Shown in pieces: positions 18,507 through 26,608 of a DNA stretch of 30,226 nt (position 1 is the stretch's first letter; each line of letters begins with the position of its first letter). The DNA lies in assembly GCA_046758505.1 (NCBI GenBank), contig JBHIAH010000024.1, positions 1 to 30,226 of the forward strand, written 5' to 3'. The notes under the pieces were generated by a model, which was not told where the DNA came from, ran no database searches, and was given only the letters and a program-made list of their open reading frames with translations. A program made the translations under genes and the position numbers. Source of the DNA: Candidatus Methylomirabilales bacterium. Lineage in GTDB: Bacteria; Methylomirabilota; Methylomirabilia; Methylomirabilales; CSP1-5.

Positions 18507-19714
18507 ATCCTGCATCCTACACCGGCTTATACGATCTGCTCCAGCGGGTCACCGGCTTCATTTATCCCAATGAGCTGGAGATCCACTGGTCAATCCTCAT
18601 TGTCGTGTATCCGTACATTACCGGACTGGTCGCGGGGGCGTTTATCCTTGCATCGTTAGTCAAGGTCTTCAACGTCAAGGAAGTGCAGCCGACGTATCGG
18701 CTTTCCCTCTTGACGGCTCTGGCATTCCTCCTCGTTGCGCCGTTGCCGCTGCAATTACACCTTGGCCACCCCGAACGGGCTTTTGAGATTTTCCTGACGC
18801 CAAACCTGAGTTCGGCGATGGCCATGTTCGGGTTCGTGTATGCCTGGTATTTGATGGGTGTGCTTCTGCTCGAAATATGGTTTGAATACAGACGGGATCT
18901 TGTCGTGTGGTCCAATCAAGAAACGTTCCCAATGAAATGGATCCACAAGATTCTTTCCCTGTTTTCGACAGATATCAGCCAAAGGGCAATTGAATTTGAC
19001 CGAAAGGCCGTGAAGACAATCACGATTATCGGCATCCCGTCCGCCTTTCTCCTCCACGGCTATGTCGGATTTATCTTCGGATCGGTAAAGGCGAATCCGT
19101 GGTGGAGTAGTGTGCTGATGCCGATCGTGTTCCTCATGTCTGCGATTGTCTCGGGCATTGCCCTCGTCATCGTATTATACATGTTTCTCGTCTCGCTGAA
19201 GGGTGAAGGAATAAATATGAAGTGTCTTGACACCCTTGCTTCCTATCTCTTTTATGCGGTGATTGTTGATTTCTCTCTTGAGGCCTTGGATTTTGTCCAT
19301 CGCCTGTACGAAAGTGAGGAGTCGATCCAGATACTGGCAACATTGATCGCGGATAAGTTATTGATAAGCCTGGTCGTCATTCAAGTTCTCCTCGGGATGC
19401 TCATCCCGGTGGGAATTCTGGTTGTGGTCAAATTGCTAAAGTTTGACGAGGAGCTGAGAAAGCTCCTCTATTTCACCTCGGCGATCTTAATTCAACTCGG
19501 GATCTTCAGCACGAGATGGAACGTGGTCATTGGAGGCCAGTTGTTTTCAAAAAGTTTCCGGGGGCTGACGACCTACAAGATGGAGGTGATGGGAGTTGAA
19601 GGCTTGCTTGTCGCGATTGGCCTCCTGATTCTCCCATTCATTGTTCTGGCTATTCTCATGAGAATTCTCCCTCCGTGGAAAGCGGTTGGGGCGGGAGAGG
19701 TGCAGCACTCATGA
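18503..19714 (+). CDS. nrfD: NrfD/PsrC family membrane quinol-interacting subunit
   Basis: WSILIVVYPYITGLVAGAF, HLGHPER, LHGYVGFIF, RWNVVIGGQ; ~10 TM; follows the NrfC-like gene. Symbol denotes the family, not nitrite-reductase function. Confidence 0.9.
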   Translation: MNPASYTGLYDLLQRVTGFIYPNELEIHWSILIVVYPYITGLVAGAFILASLVKVFNVKEVQPTYRLSLLTALAFLLVAPLPLQLHLGHPERAFEIFLTPNLSSAMAMFGFVYAWYLMGVLLLEIWFEYRRDLVVWSNQETFPMKWIHKILSLFSTDISQRAIEFDRKAVKTITIIGIPSAFLLHGYVGFIFGSVKANPWWSSVLMPIVFLMSAIVSGIALVIVLYMFLVSLKGEGINMKCLDTLASYLFYAVIVDFSLEALDFVHRLYESEESIQILATLIADKLLISLVVIQVLLGMLIPVGILVVVKLLKFDEELRKLLYFTSAILIQLGIFSTRWNVVIGGQLFSKSFRGLTTYKMEVMGVEGLLVAIGLLILPFIVLAILMRILPPWKAVGAGEVQHS

Positions 19715-19841
19715 AGGGGGCGAGATCTGGACAGGGATAATCATGGGCCTGGGCCCGCTCTTGCCGTCCAATGTGTCAGCGGACCGGGGGCGGCGTGGCA
19801 GAGGGAGGGTGCCGGTGGACTCTGGCCCGAGCCTGGATTCA

Positions 19842-20075
19842 ATGGAGAGGCGCAAGGTGATTCCTCATATGCTTGCGGTCGCGATGACGCTGTTGGTCCC
19901 TGTCGTGGCGGCGGCCTGGTCGCTCGTGGCTGGGCACCGGCTCTCGCTCCGAGCGTATCCTGACCCTCGGACGGCGAGCCGGGCGCTGATGCCGATGGCG
20001 GCTCTGGCATTTGTCTTGACCGTGGCGGGCATCATGTTATTGAATCAGCCGATGGCGATGCGTCACGGAATGTAA
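19842..20075 (+). pseudogene. Short hydrophobic ORF, possibly the C-terminal remnant of a membrane polyferredoxin
   Basis: Two TM segments ending ...RALMPMAALAFVLTVAGIMLLNQPMAMRHGM; no clear start; family assignment from memory only. Confidence 0.4.
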
Positions 20076-20162
20076 GTTCTTCAGGGGTGGCTCTGGAGCG
20101 TGGCGATAACTCTTGAATGGTCTCATGTCCACCGATCTGGAAGAGATGAGAGGGGCAGGTTG

Positions 20163-21380
20163 ATGAATCCGTTTTCGGGAAGCGTACGGAGAAGTCGGGC
20201 CGCTGGGTGGGTCACCGCCCTCGTCGTGCTTCTCCTGTGGCCCGTGGCGTTCCCGGCGGCGCAAGAGCTCTTCACCCCTACCCAGAACCCGGTTGTCGGC
20301 TCACGGGTCTTCAGGGTCAAGGGATGCAGCCGGTGTCATGCGGTGAATGGCGTCGGGGGCCAGGTCGGACCTGACCTCGCCCGGATCCCGCGCCCCCGCT
20401 CGTTCTACGACCTTGCTGCGGCCATGTGGAATCACTTTCCCCGCATGGCGGCGCGGATGCGCGAGCTCAAGATTTCCCGGCCGCACCTCTATCCGCGGGA
20501 GACCGGCGACCTGATCGCGTTTCTGTACACCGTGGACTATTTCGATCCTCCGGGCAACCTCGAGGCGGGACAGCGGCTTTTTACGCAGAAAAAGTGTGTC
20601 ATCTGTCACCAGGTGGGCGGTAGGGGAGGAGTCGTGGGGCCCAACCTGGACTTCCTGAAGCAGTACGGTTCGCCGATCTTTATCGCGACGGCGATGTGGA
20701 ACCACGGCCCCGCCATGGCCGAGGCCATGCGGGCCCGGGGGATCACGCGCCCCTCCTTCAAGGGCACGGAGCTCATCGACCTGATCGCCTACCTCAAGTC
20801 CGCCTCGCCGGAACCGGTGGGGGAACCGCTGGTCGTCCTACCCGGTCGTGCCGAGGTAGGGCGCAAGCTCTTCGCCGAGAAGCGCTGCGTCACCTGCCAC
20901 AGTGCCGGGGGGAAGGGGGGTCGGGTGGGGCCGGATCTCGCCGAGCGAGGGCTACATCGGAGCCTGACCCAGTTTGCGGCGGCGATGTGGAACAAGTCCC
21001 CAGCGATGGTCAAGGCCATGCGCGCCCGGAAGATCTTGCTTCCAGAGCTCAAGCCTCAAGAGATGGCGGACATTGTGGCCTACCTCTACTCGGTGCGATA
21101 CTTCGCCGAGGGGGGAAATCCCCGCAACGGGCAAGCCTTGGTGGCCGGGAAAGGGTGTCTCCGGTGCCACTCCGTCCGTGGCGAGGGTGGAAAGTCCGCA
21201 GGGGATCTCGCCCAGGCCAGGCGCCTTCCCTCGCCTGCCGCGGTCGTCTCCATGCTGTGGAACCACGCCCTGGTCATGGAGGAGCAGGCCGAAATCCGGA
21301 AGCATACCTGGCCCGAGTTCCGCGCCCAAGAGATGGCCGACCTCGTCGCGTATCTCCAGGTGCTCAGGCGCAGCCGATGA
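20163..21380 (+). CDS. Tetraheme cytochrome c made of four class I-like repeats
   Basis: Signal peptide; CSRCH, CVICH, CVTCH, CLRCH, each followed by G(P)DL-like and WN(H/K)..M motifs. Confidence 0.9.
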   Translation: MNPFSGSVRRSRAAGWVTALVVLLLWPVAFPAAQELFTPTQNPVVGSRVFRVKGCSRCHAVNGVGGQVGPDLARIPRPRSFYDLAAAMWNHFPRMAARMRELKISRPHLYPRETGDLIAFLYTVDYFDPPGNLEAGQRLFTQKKCVICHQVGGRGGVVGPNLDFLKQYGSPIFIATAMWNHGPAMAEAMRARGITRPSFKGTELIDLIAYLKSASPEPVGEPLVVLPGRAEVGRKLFAEKRCVTCHSAGGKGGRVGPDLAERGLHRSLTQFAAAMWNKSPAMVKAMRARKILLPELKPQEMADIVAYLYSVRYFAEGGNPRNGQALVAGKGCLRCHSVRGEGGKSAGDLAQARRLPSPAAVVSMLWNHALVMEEQAEIRKHTWPEFRAQEMADLVAYLQVLRRSR

Positions 21381-22633
21381 TGAGGCGGATCGGACTACTT
21401 GGCTCGTTCGCACTGTTGGCATCCCTTGCGTGGCCGTGGCCTGTCGCCGCCAAGCCGCCGGCGGAGAGCTGCGTCGCCTGTCACCTCGAGATCGGCGACG
21501 ATCGCCTCGCCGCGCCCGCGCGGGAGTTCGGCACCAGCGTCCACGCAGCCAAGGGCTTCGGGTGCGTGTCATGCCACGGGGGCGACCCGAAGGAGGCGGG
21601 GATGGAGGCGATGGATCCGGCCAAGGGATACATCGGCAAGCCCAAGCACCGGCAGATTCCGCAGGTCTGCGGCCGGTGCCATTCCGATGCCCGATTCATG
21701 AAACGATACAACCCGGCGCTGCGCGTGGATCAGGTCGCCGAGTACAGGACGTCAGTGCACGGCCAGCGTCTCAGCCAGCTTGCGGATCCCAAGGTGGCGA
21801 CCTGCGTGAGCTGCCATACGGCCCATTCAATCAGGCCGCCTTCGGATCCTCGATCAACCGTCCACCCGCTCAAGGTGGCGGACACCTGCGGGGCGTGTCA
21901 CGGCGACGCGGAGTACATGAGGGCTTACGGTATTCCGACCGATCAGCTCACCAAGTACAAGGCGAGCATCCATTGGAAGACAATGTTGCTCAAGGGCGAC
22001 CTCTCCGCCCCCACGTGTAACGATTGCCACGGGAACCACGGCGCGACGCCTCCGGGAATTTCATGGGTCGGGAATGTCTGCGGGCAGTGCCACGTCGTAC
22101 AGGCGGAGCTATTTGCCAAGAGCGTCCACGCCGGGGTCTTCGCCCAGATGGGGACACCTGGCTGCGCGACGTGTCACGAAAACCACGAAATCAGGCCGGC
22201 GAGGGACGAAATGCTGGGGCTCGGGGACCAGGCCGTATGCGCAGCCTGCCACGCCCAGGACGATACGGGCGGGAAGACCGCCGTGGCGCTGCGGGAGAAC
22301 ATTGATTCCCTCCGCGGTACGTATGAAAAGGCGCACGCGATCCTGCTCCAGGCCGAGCACGCCGGGATGGAAGTCAGCCGCGCCCAGTTCGAGTTGAAGG
22401 ATGCCAAGGACGCTTTGGTAAAGGCCCGTGCGGCCATCCATGCCTTCGCCGTCGAGCCGGTGGAGAAGGAGGTCAAGACGGGCCTCGGCATCAGTCAGAA
22501 GGCGTACGCCCGCGGGGTGCAGGCACTTGAGGACTTGCAGTTTCGCCGCAAGGGACTGGTGGTGTCGGTCGTGATCATTCTGGCCCTCATCGCGGGACTC
22601 GTGATCAAGATCCGTCAGGTCGAAAGACGATAA
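21377..22633 (+). CDS. Nonaheme cytochrome c with C-terminal membrane anchor
   Basis: Signal peptide from ATG 21377; 9 CxxCH; helical C-terminal region and TM GLVVSVVIILALIAGLVI. Confidence 0.92.
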   Translation: MMRRIGLLGSFALLASLAWPWPVAAKPPAESCVACHLEIGDDRLAAPAREFGTSVHAAKGFGCVSCHGGDPKEAGMEAMDPAKGYIGKPKHRQIPQVCGRCHSDARFMKRYNPALRVDQVAEYRTSVHGQRLSQLADPKVATCVSCHTAHSIRPPSDPRSTVHPLKVADTCGACHGDAEYMRAYGIPTDQLTKYKASIHWKTMLLKGDLSAPTCNDCHGNHGATPPGISWVGNVCGQCHVVQAELFAKSVHAGVFAQMGTPGCATCHENHEIRPARDEMLGLGDQAVCAACHAQDDTGGKTAVALRENIDSLRGTYEKAHAILLQAEHAGMEVSRAQFELKDAKDALVKARAAIHAFAVEPVEKEVKTGLGISQKAYARGVQALEDLQFRRKGLVVSVVIILALIAGLVIKIRQVERR

Positions 22634-22830
22634 CCGATCACCGTAAACCGATGACCGTTCTACGTTGATTGGTTATCTTTTGCCGATCGTCGGGTCATCG
22701 GTCATCGAATCGTGAACCATGAACTCTGAACCCTGATGTGGGGCATTGGGGGTTGGGTGCTGGGGAAGGGTTTAAAAGCATCCTAGCATCCCAGCATTCT
22801 AGCCACCGAGCACCAATCACCAACCACCGG
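22633..22830. repeat. Mosaic of degenerate 7/8-bp tandem repeats
   Basis: ACCGATC/ACCGATG, GGTCATC, GTGAACC-ATGAACT-CTGAACC, AGCATCCY octamers, CACCAAT/CACCAAC runs. Confidence 0.65.
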
Positions 22831-22839
22831 GGGCAAGCA

Positions 22840-23295
22840 ATGGCTGAAGAGACACTGGGTCGAGACCGGACGCGCAGGAGCTTCATCAACTGGTTCCTTG
22901 CCACGAGTACGGGGGCCTTCCTGCTCGCAGTGCTCTACCCGGTGACCCGGTACCTGATTCCCCCGCCGATCGGGGAGTCCACGGCCGCAACCGTGACGCT
23001 CCCGATCAAACCGGCGGATGTGAAGCCGAATTCGGGGCAGATCTTCAAGTTTGGCAGCCGCCCGGGGATTCTGATCCGGACGCCGGCCGGCGAACTCCGG
23101 GCTTTCTCTGCTGTCTGCACCCACCTGCACTGCACGGTGCAGTACCGATCCGACCTCAGTCAGATCTGGTGCGCCTGCCACAACGGGCACTTCGACCTCA
23201 ACGGAAACAACGTCGCCGGTCCGCCCCCCCGGCCGCTGGATAAGTACGTAGTCAAGGTCCGGGGAGACCAGATCGTGGTGAGCAAGAGCGCATGA
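22840..23295 (+). CDS. Rieske 2Fe-2S subunit of a Rieske/cytochrome b complex
   Basis: Tat-like TRRSF plus TM; CTHLHC and CACHNG boxes; GPPPRPL. Confidence 0.95.
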   Translation: MAEETLGRDRTRRSFINWFLATSTGAFLLAVLYPVTRYLIPPPIGESTAATVTLPIKPADVKPNSGQIFKFGSRPGILIRTPAGELRAFSAVCTHLHCTVQYRSDLSQIWCACHNGHFDLNGNNVAGPPPRPLDKYVVKVRGDQIVVSKSA

Positions 23296-24395
23296 ACACG
23301 GGAGCGCGCGACAAGCAGCACGGCAGGCTCTGGGAGTGGTTCGACGAGCGCATCGGCCTCGCCGAGCTGCAGAAGCTCGCCAAGAAGAAGGAGGTTCCGG
23401 TTCACCGGCATACGATCTGGTACTACCTGGGCGGGATGACCCTCTTTCTCTTTCTGATCCAGGTGAGCACCGGCATTCTCCTCCTCCTCTACTACCGGCC
23501 CAGTGCCGAGGAGGCGTATGAGTCTATCCAATTCCTGATGGCCGAGGTACAGTTCGGCTGGCTGATCCGCTCGATTCACGCCTGGGCGGCGAACCTGATG
23601 ATTTTTACCCTGTTCGTTCACCTCTTCAGCGTGTGGCTCCTCAAGGCGTACCGCCCACCCCGGGAGGTCACCTGGCTCTCGGGGATGGGCCTCCTGGGCC
23701 TCGCGCTGGGCTTCGGGTTTACCGGCTATTTGCTGCCGTGGAACGAGCTGGCCTACTTTGCCACCAAGGTGGGGACCGAGATCACGGGGGCTGTTCCCGT
23801 GATCGGCTCGTTTCTCGGCCGGCTGCTTCGCGGTGGCGAGCAGGTCACCGGGGCGACGCTCACACGCTTTTACGGAATCCACGTCGCAATCCTTCCGCTC
23901 CTCGCCACGCTCCTGCTGGGCCTGCACCTCTTTCTGGTCCAGAAGCATGGCATGAGCGTCCCCCCTGGCGTCGAGCGACAAGGGAGCGCAAAGCGCGTCA
24001 TGCCCTTCGTGCCGAATTTCCTCCTGCGCGACGTGGTAGGGTGGCTCTCGGCGCTGGCGATCCTGGCTGCGCTGGCGGCCTACTTCCCGGCGGAGCTTGG
24101 GGTAAAGGCGGACCCGTTCGCGCCCGCACCGATCGGCATCAAGCCCGAGTGGTACTTCATGTTCATGTTCAAGACGCTCAAGTACCTGCCGGCTCACATT
24201 CTTGGCGTCGAGGGGGAAGTCGTCGGCATCGTTGGCTTCGGCGTGGGCGGCCTGTTCCTGGTGCTCGTGCCCTTCCTGGATCGGTGGACGGCCCGGGGAG
24301 AGCGGAGCCGCCTGTTTACCTGGATCGGGGTTGTGATCATCGTGTATATGATCGTGTTGACATACCTTGGTTACACGGAGGTCGCAACGCAATGA
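23292..24395 (+). CDS. Cytochrome b of a Rieske/cytb complex (unsplit)
   Basis: [43 protein letters not shown] Qo motif. Confidence 0.95.
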   Translation: MNTGARDKQHGRLWEWFDERIGLAELQKLAKKKEVPVHRHTIWYYLGGMTLFLFLIQVSTGILLLLYYRPSAEEAYESIQFLMAEVQFGWLIRSIHAWAANLMIFTLFVHLFSVWLLKAYRPPREVTWLSGMGLLGLALGFGFTGYLLPWNELAYFATKVGTEITGAVPVIGSFLGRLLRGGEQVTGATLTRFYGIHVAILPLLATLLLGLHLFLVQKHGMSVPPGVERQGSAKRVMPFVPNFLLRDVVGWLSALAILAALAAYFPAELGVKADPFAPAPIGIKPEWYFMFMFKTLKYLPAHILGVEGEVVGIVGFGVGGLFLVLVPFLDRWTARGERSRLFTWIGVVIIVYMIVLTYLGYTEVATQ

Positions 24396-25015
24396 AACCG
24401 ATTCGCCTGCTTACGGCAGTCCTACTCGGCGGGAGCCTGTTGGCCGCGCCTATGCGGGCCGCTGCCGAAACACCGGGAGATGCTGTGCGCGGTCGCACGG
24501 TGTTTACGAGCAAGCAGTGCGCGCGGTGCCATAAGCCTCGCGGCCAGCAGGCGCTCGGTCCACCACTGGAGGAACTCCGAAAGCGTCAGGGGGTGCTCGA
24601 GCTGGCAGGGCGGCTCTGGAATCACGCCCCGGCGATGTTCGAAGTCCTTGAATGGGAGGGCCTCGAATGGCCCCGAATTAGTGCAACGGAGATGCGCGAT
24701 CTCTTGGCATACCTTCGCGCGAAAACTCTCTGGGACCCTATCCCCAATACCTCTGCGGGGTACGTTACTTTGGTCCGGAAGGGGTGTCTCAAGTGCCACC
24801 GGTTGCGGGGTGAGGGGGGCTCGGCAGGGATCGAGCTGATGAAGTATCATGGAGGTTACGTATCTCCCCTTGTGTGGGCAACGACGATATGGAATCATTC
24901 CCCCCAGATGGCTGAACATGCCAGGCGAATGAGCCTGCTGTACCCGCGCTTCACCGGGGAGGAGATGGTCAACCTGTTTGGGTTCTTGAAGCACGCCGCC
25001 GCGTCATCCCAGTGA
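24392..25015 (+). CDS. Diheme cytochrome c (two WNH-type repeats, paralogous to 20163-21380)
   Basis: ATG 24392, signal peptide, CARCH...[13 protein letters not shown]...IWNHSPQM. Confidence 0.9.
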   Translation: MKPIRLLTAVLLGGSLLAAPMRAAAETPGDAVRGRTVFTSKQCARCHKPRGQQALGPPLEELRKRQGVLELAGRLWNHAPAMFEVLEWEGLEWPRISATEMRDLLAYLRAKTLWDPIPNTSAGYVTLVRKGCLKCHRLRGEGGSAGIELMKYHGGYVSPLVWATTIWNHSPQMAEHARRMSLLYPRFTGEEMVNLFGFLKHAAASSQ

Positions 25016-25031
25016 TCGAAAGGAGGAGAGT

Positions 25032-25382
25032 ATGCGACTCGGACGATTGATGATTGGCTTCGCACTTGTGCTCGGGTTCACGATCGTGATGGCGGCCTTC
25101 GTCCCGGAGGCTGCCGCCCTCAAGGTCCCGCCGGACTTCAGCTTTGCGCAGGGCAAGGGGAGTCCCGGGCCGGTGACCTTCAGCCATGCCTTTCACAAGG
25201 AAAAGCTTGGCAAGTGCTCGGCGTGTCACACCAAGGTGTTCAAGATGAAGCGGGGAAAGTCCGGGACGCCGACGATGGCTGCGATGAAGGAGGGGAAGTT
25301 CTGTGGAGCCTGTCACAACGGGAAGGTGGCTTTCAGCGTGAAAGAGTTTAAAAATTGCAAGAGGTGCCATAAGAAGAAATGA
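25032..25382 (+). CDS. Triheme c7-type periplasmic cytochrome
   Basis: Signal peptide, VTFSHAFH, CSACH, MAAMKEGKFCGACHNGKVAF, CKRCH; AGGAGG RBS. Confidence 0.92.
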   Translation: MRLGRLMIGFALVLGFTIVMAAFVPEAAALKVPPDFSFAQGKGSPGPVTFSHAFHKEKLGKCSACHTKVFKMKRGKSGTPTMAAMKEGKFCGACHNGKVAFSVKEFKNCKRCHKKK

Positions 25383-25681
25383 GGCCTGACCCTTCGGCGC
25401 AAGGATGCTTATGACCTGTGAGGCCTGCCTGGCTTGCCATGCCGGGACAGGGTCTGCGGGAGCCTCATCTCCTTCTGCGGGAGTCTGCTCTCGCTTCAGG
25501 CGTGCGTGCGTCAGTTCGTGGGGTGCGTAAAGGGTTAATCTCGGTGCGATGACAACCCTCCGGGCACCTTCAAAGGCAGGTGCACCCTCCCTCGGGTAGT
25601 TGGGTCCAGCTCGCTGAAAATCGGGAGTTCCTCGAGCGGACTCAAGGTCGCGACCGTCTTGAGGCGAAGGGAAAGAGCCAC

Positions 25682-26608
25682 ATGGACGAGCAGCCTACTG
25701 CCCGGCGCGGGCGCTGGCGGATTCTCCTGATCGGTCTGGCCACCTCCCTGGTCGTTGGCTTTGCATTGTTGGCCGGGCTCTGGGAAGTCAGCTCGAGCCC
25801 GTCATTCTGCAACTCCTGCCATATCATGGAACCCTACTACGAGGCCTGGAAGAAGTCCCCGCACAACACCGTGGCCTGCGTCAAGTGTCACTATCCTCCG
25901 GGCTTCCGCGACACGCTCTGGGTCAAGTATCAAGCGATCAGTCAGGTTGCTAAGTGGGCGACGGGGACATATAGCTCAAAACCTTTCGCCGAGGTTGAGG
26001 ACGCGAGCTGCCTTCGGTCGGGTTGCCACTCTCGACGTCTGCTCGAAGGCAAGGTCGTCTTCAGACGGGACATTCTCTTTGACCATCGCCCGCACCTCGC
26101 CGAGGTCCATGGAGGCCCACGGCTCCGTTGCACGAGCTGCCACTCGCAGATCGTTGTGGGGACCCACATCCAGGTCATCGAGACCACCTGCTTTCTCTGC
26201 CACTTCAAAGGGAAGAAAGTGGGGCGAGAGCTTGCCCCCATTGCTGGCTGCACCGGCTGCCACCAACCGCCGAAGGGTGATATTCTAGTGGGCTCGATCC
26301 GGTTCAACCACCAGGAGGTGGTGCGCCGCGGTGTCGCCTGCCAAAAATGCCACCTGAATGTTATCGAAGGTGATGGCGAGGCTCCACGCACGCGCTGTGT
26401 CACCTGCCACAACGAGCCGGAAAAACTCGAGGGCTACGCGGACACCATGATGATCCACAACGTCCATGTCTCTGGGCACAACATCGAATGCGCGCGCTGC
26501 CATAACGAGATCAAGCACAAGTTGCCACCTCCCATCGGAATGCCGGCCGCACAACCCCAGGCAGGCTCCCCCCCACGAATCGTGCGTGCCGCGGAGGGCA
26601 TTCGATGA
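25682..26608 (+). CDS. NapC/NirT-type membrane-anchored multiheme cytochrome c
   Basis: TM then SSPSFCNSCHIMEPYYEAWKKSPH-VACVKCH; 8 CxxCH plus CLRSGCH (CX4CH). Confidence 0.9.
   Translation: MDEQPTARRGRWRILLIGLATSLVVGFALLAGLWEVSSSPSFCNSCHIMEPYYEAWKKSPHNTVACVKCHYPPGFRDTLWVKYQAISQVAKWATGTYSSKPFAEVEDASCLRSGCHSRRLLEGKVVFRRDILFDHRPHLAEVHGGPRLRCTSCHSQIVVGTHIQVIETTCFLCHFKGKKVGRELAPIAGCTGCHQPPKGDILVGSIRFNHQEVVRRGVACQKCHLNVIEGDGEAPRTRCVTCHNEPEKLEGYADTMMIHNVHVSGHNIECARCHNEIKHKLPPPIGMPAAQPQAGSPPRIVRAAEGIR

Noticed and set aside
16981..19714. Calling the module a nitrite, polysulfide or tetrathionate reductase
   Set aside because: No NrfA CxxCK motif and no molybdopterin catalytic subunit in the window
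20696..21376. Upstream ORF-track extensions (20696, 23633, 17448, 10358, 7378, 3297)
   Set aside because: They overlap preceding genes or repeats; downstream starts have signal peptides, RBS or stop/start coupling
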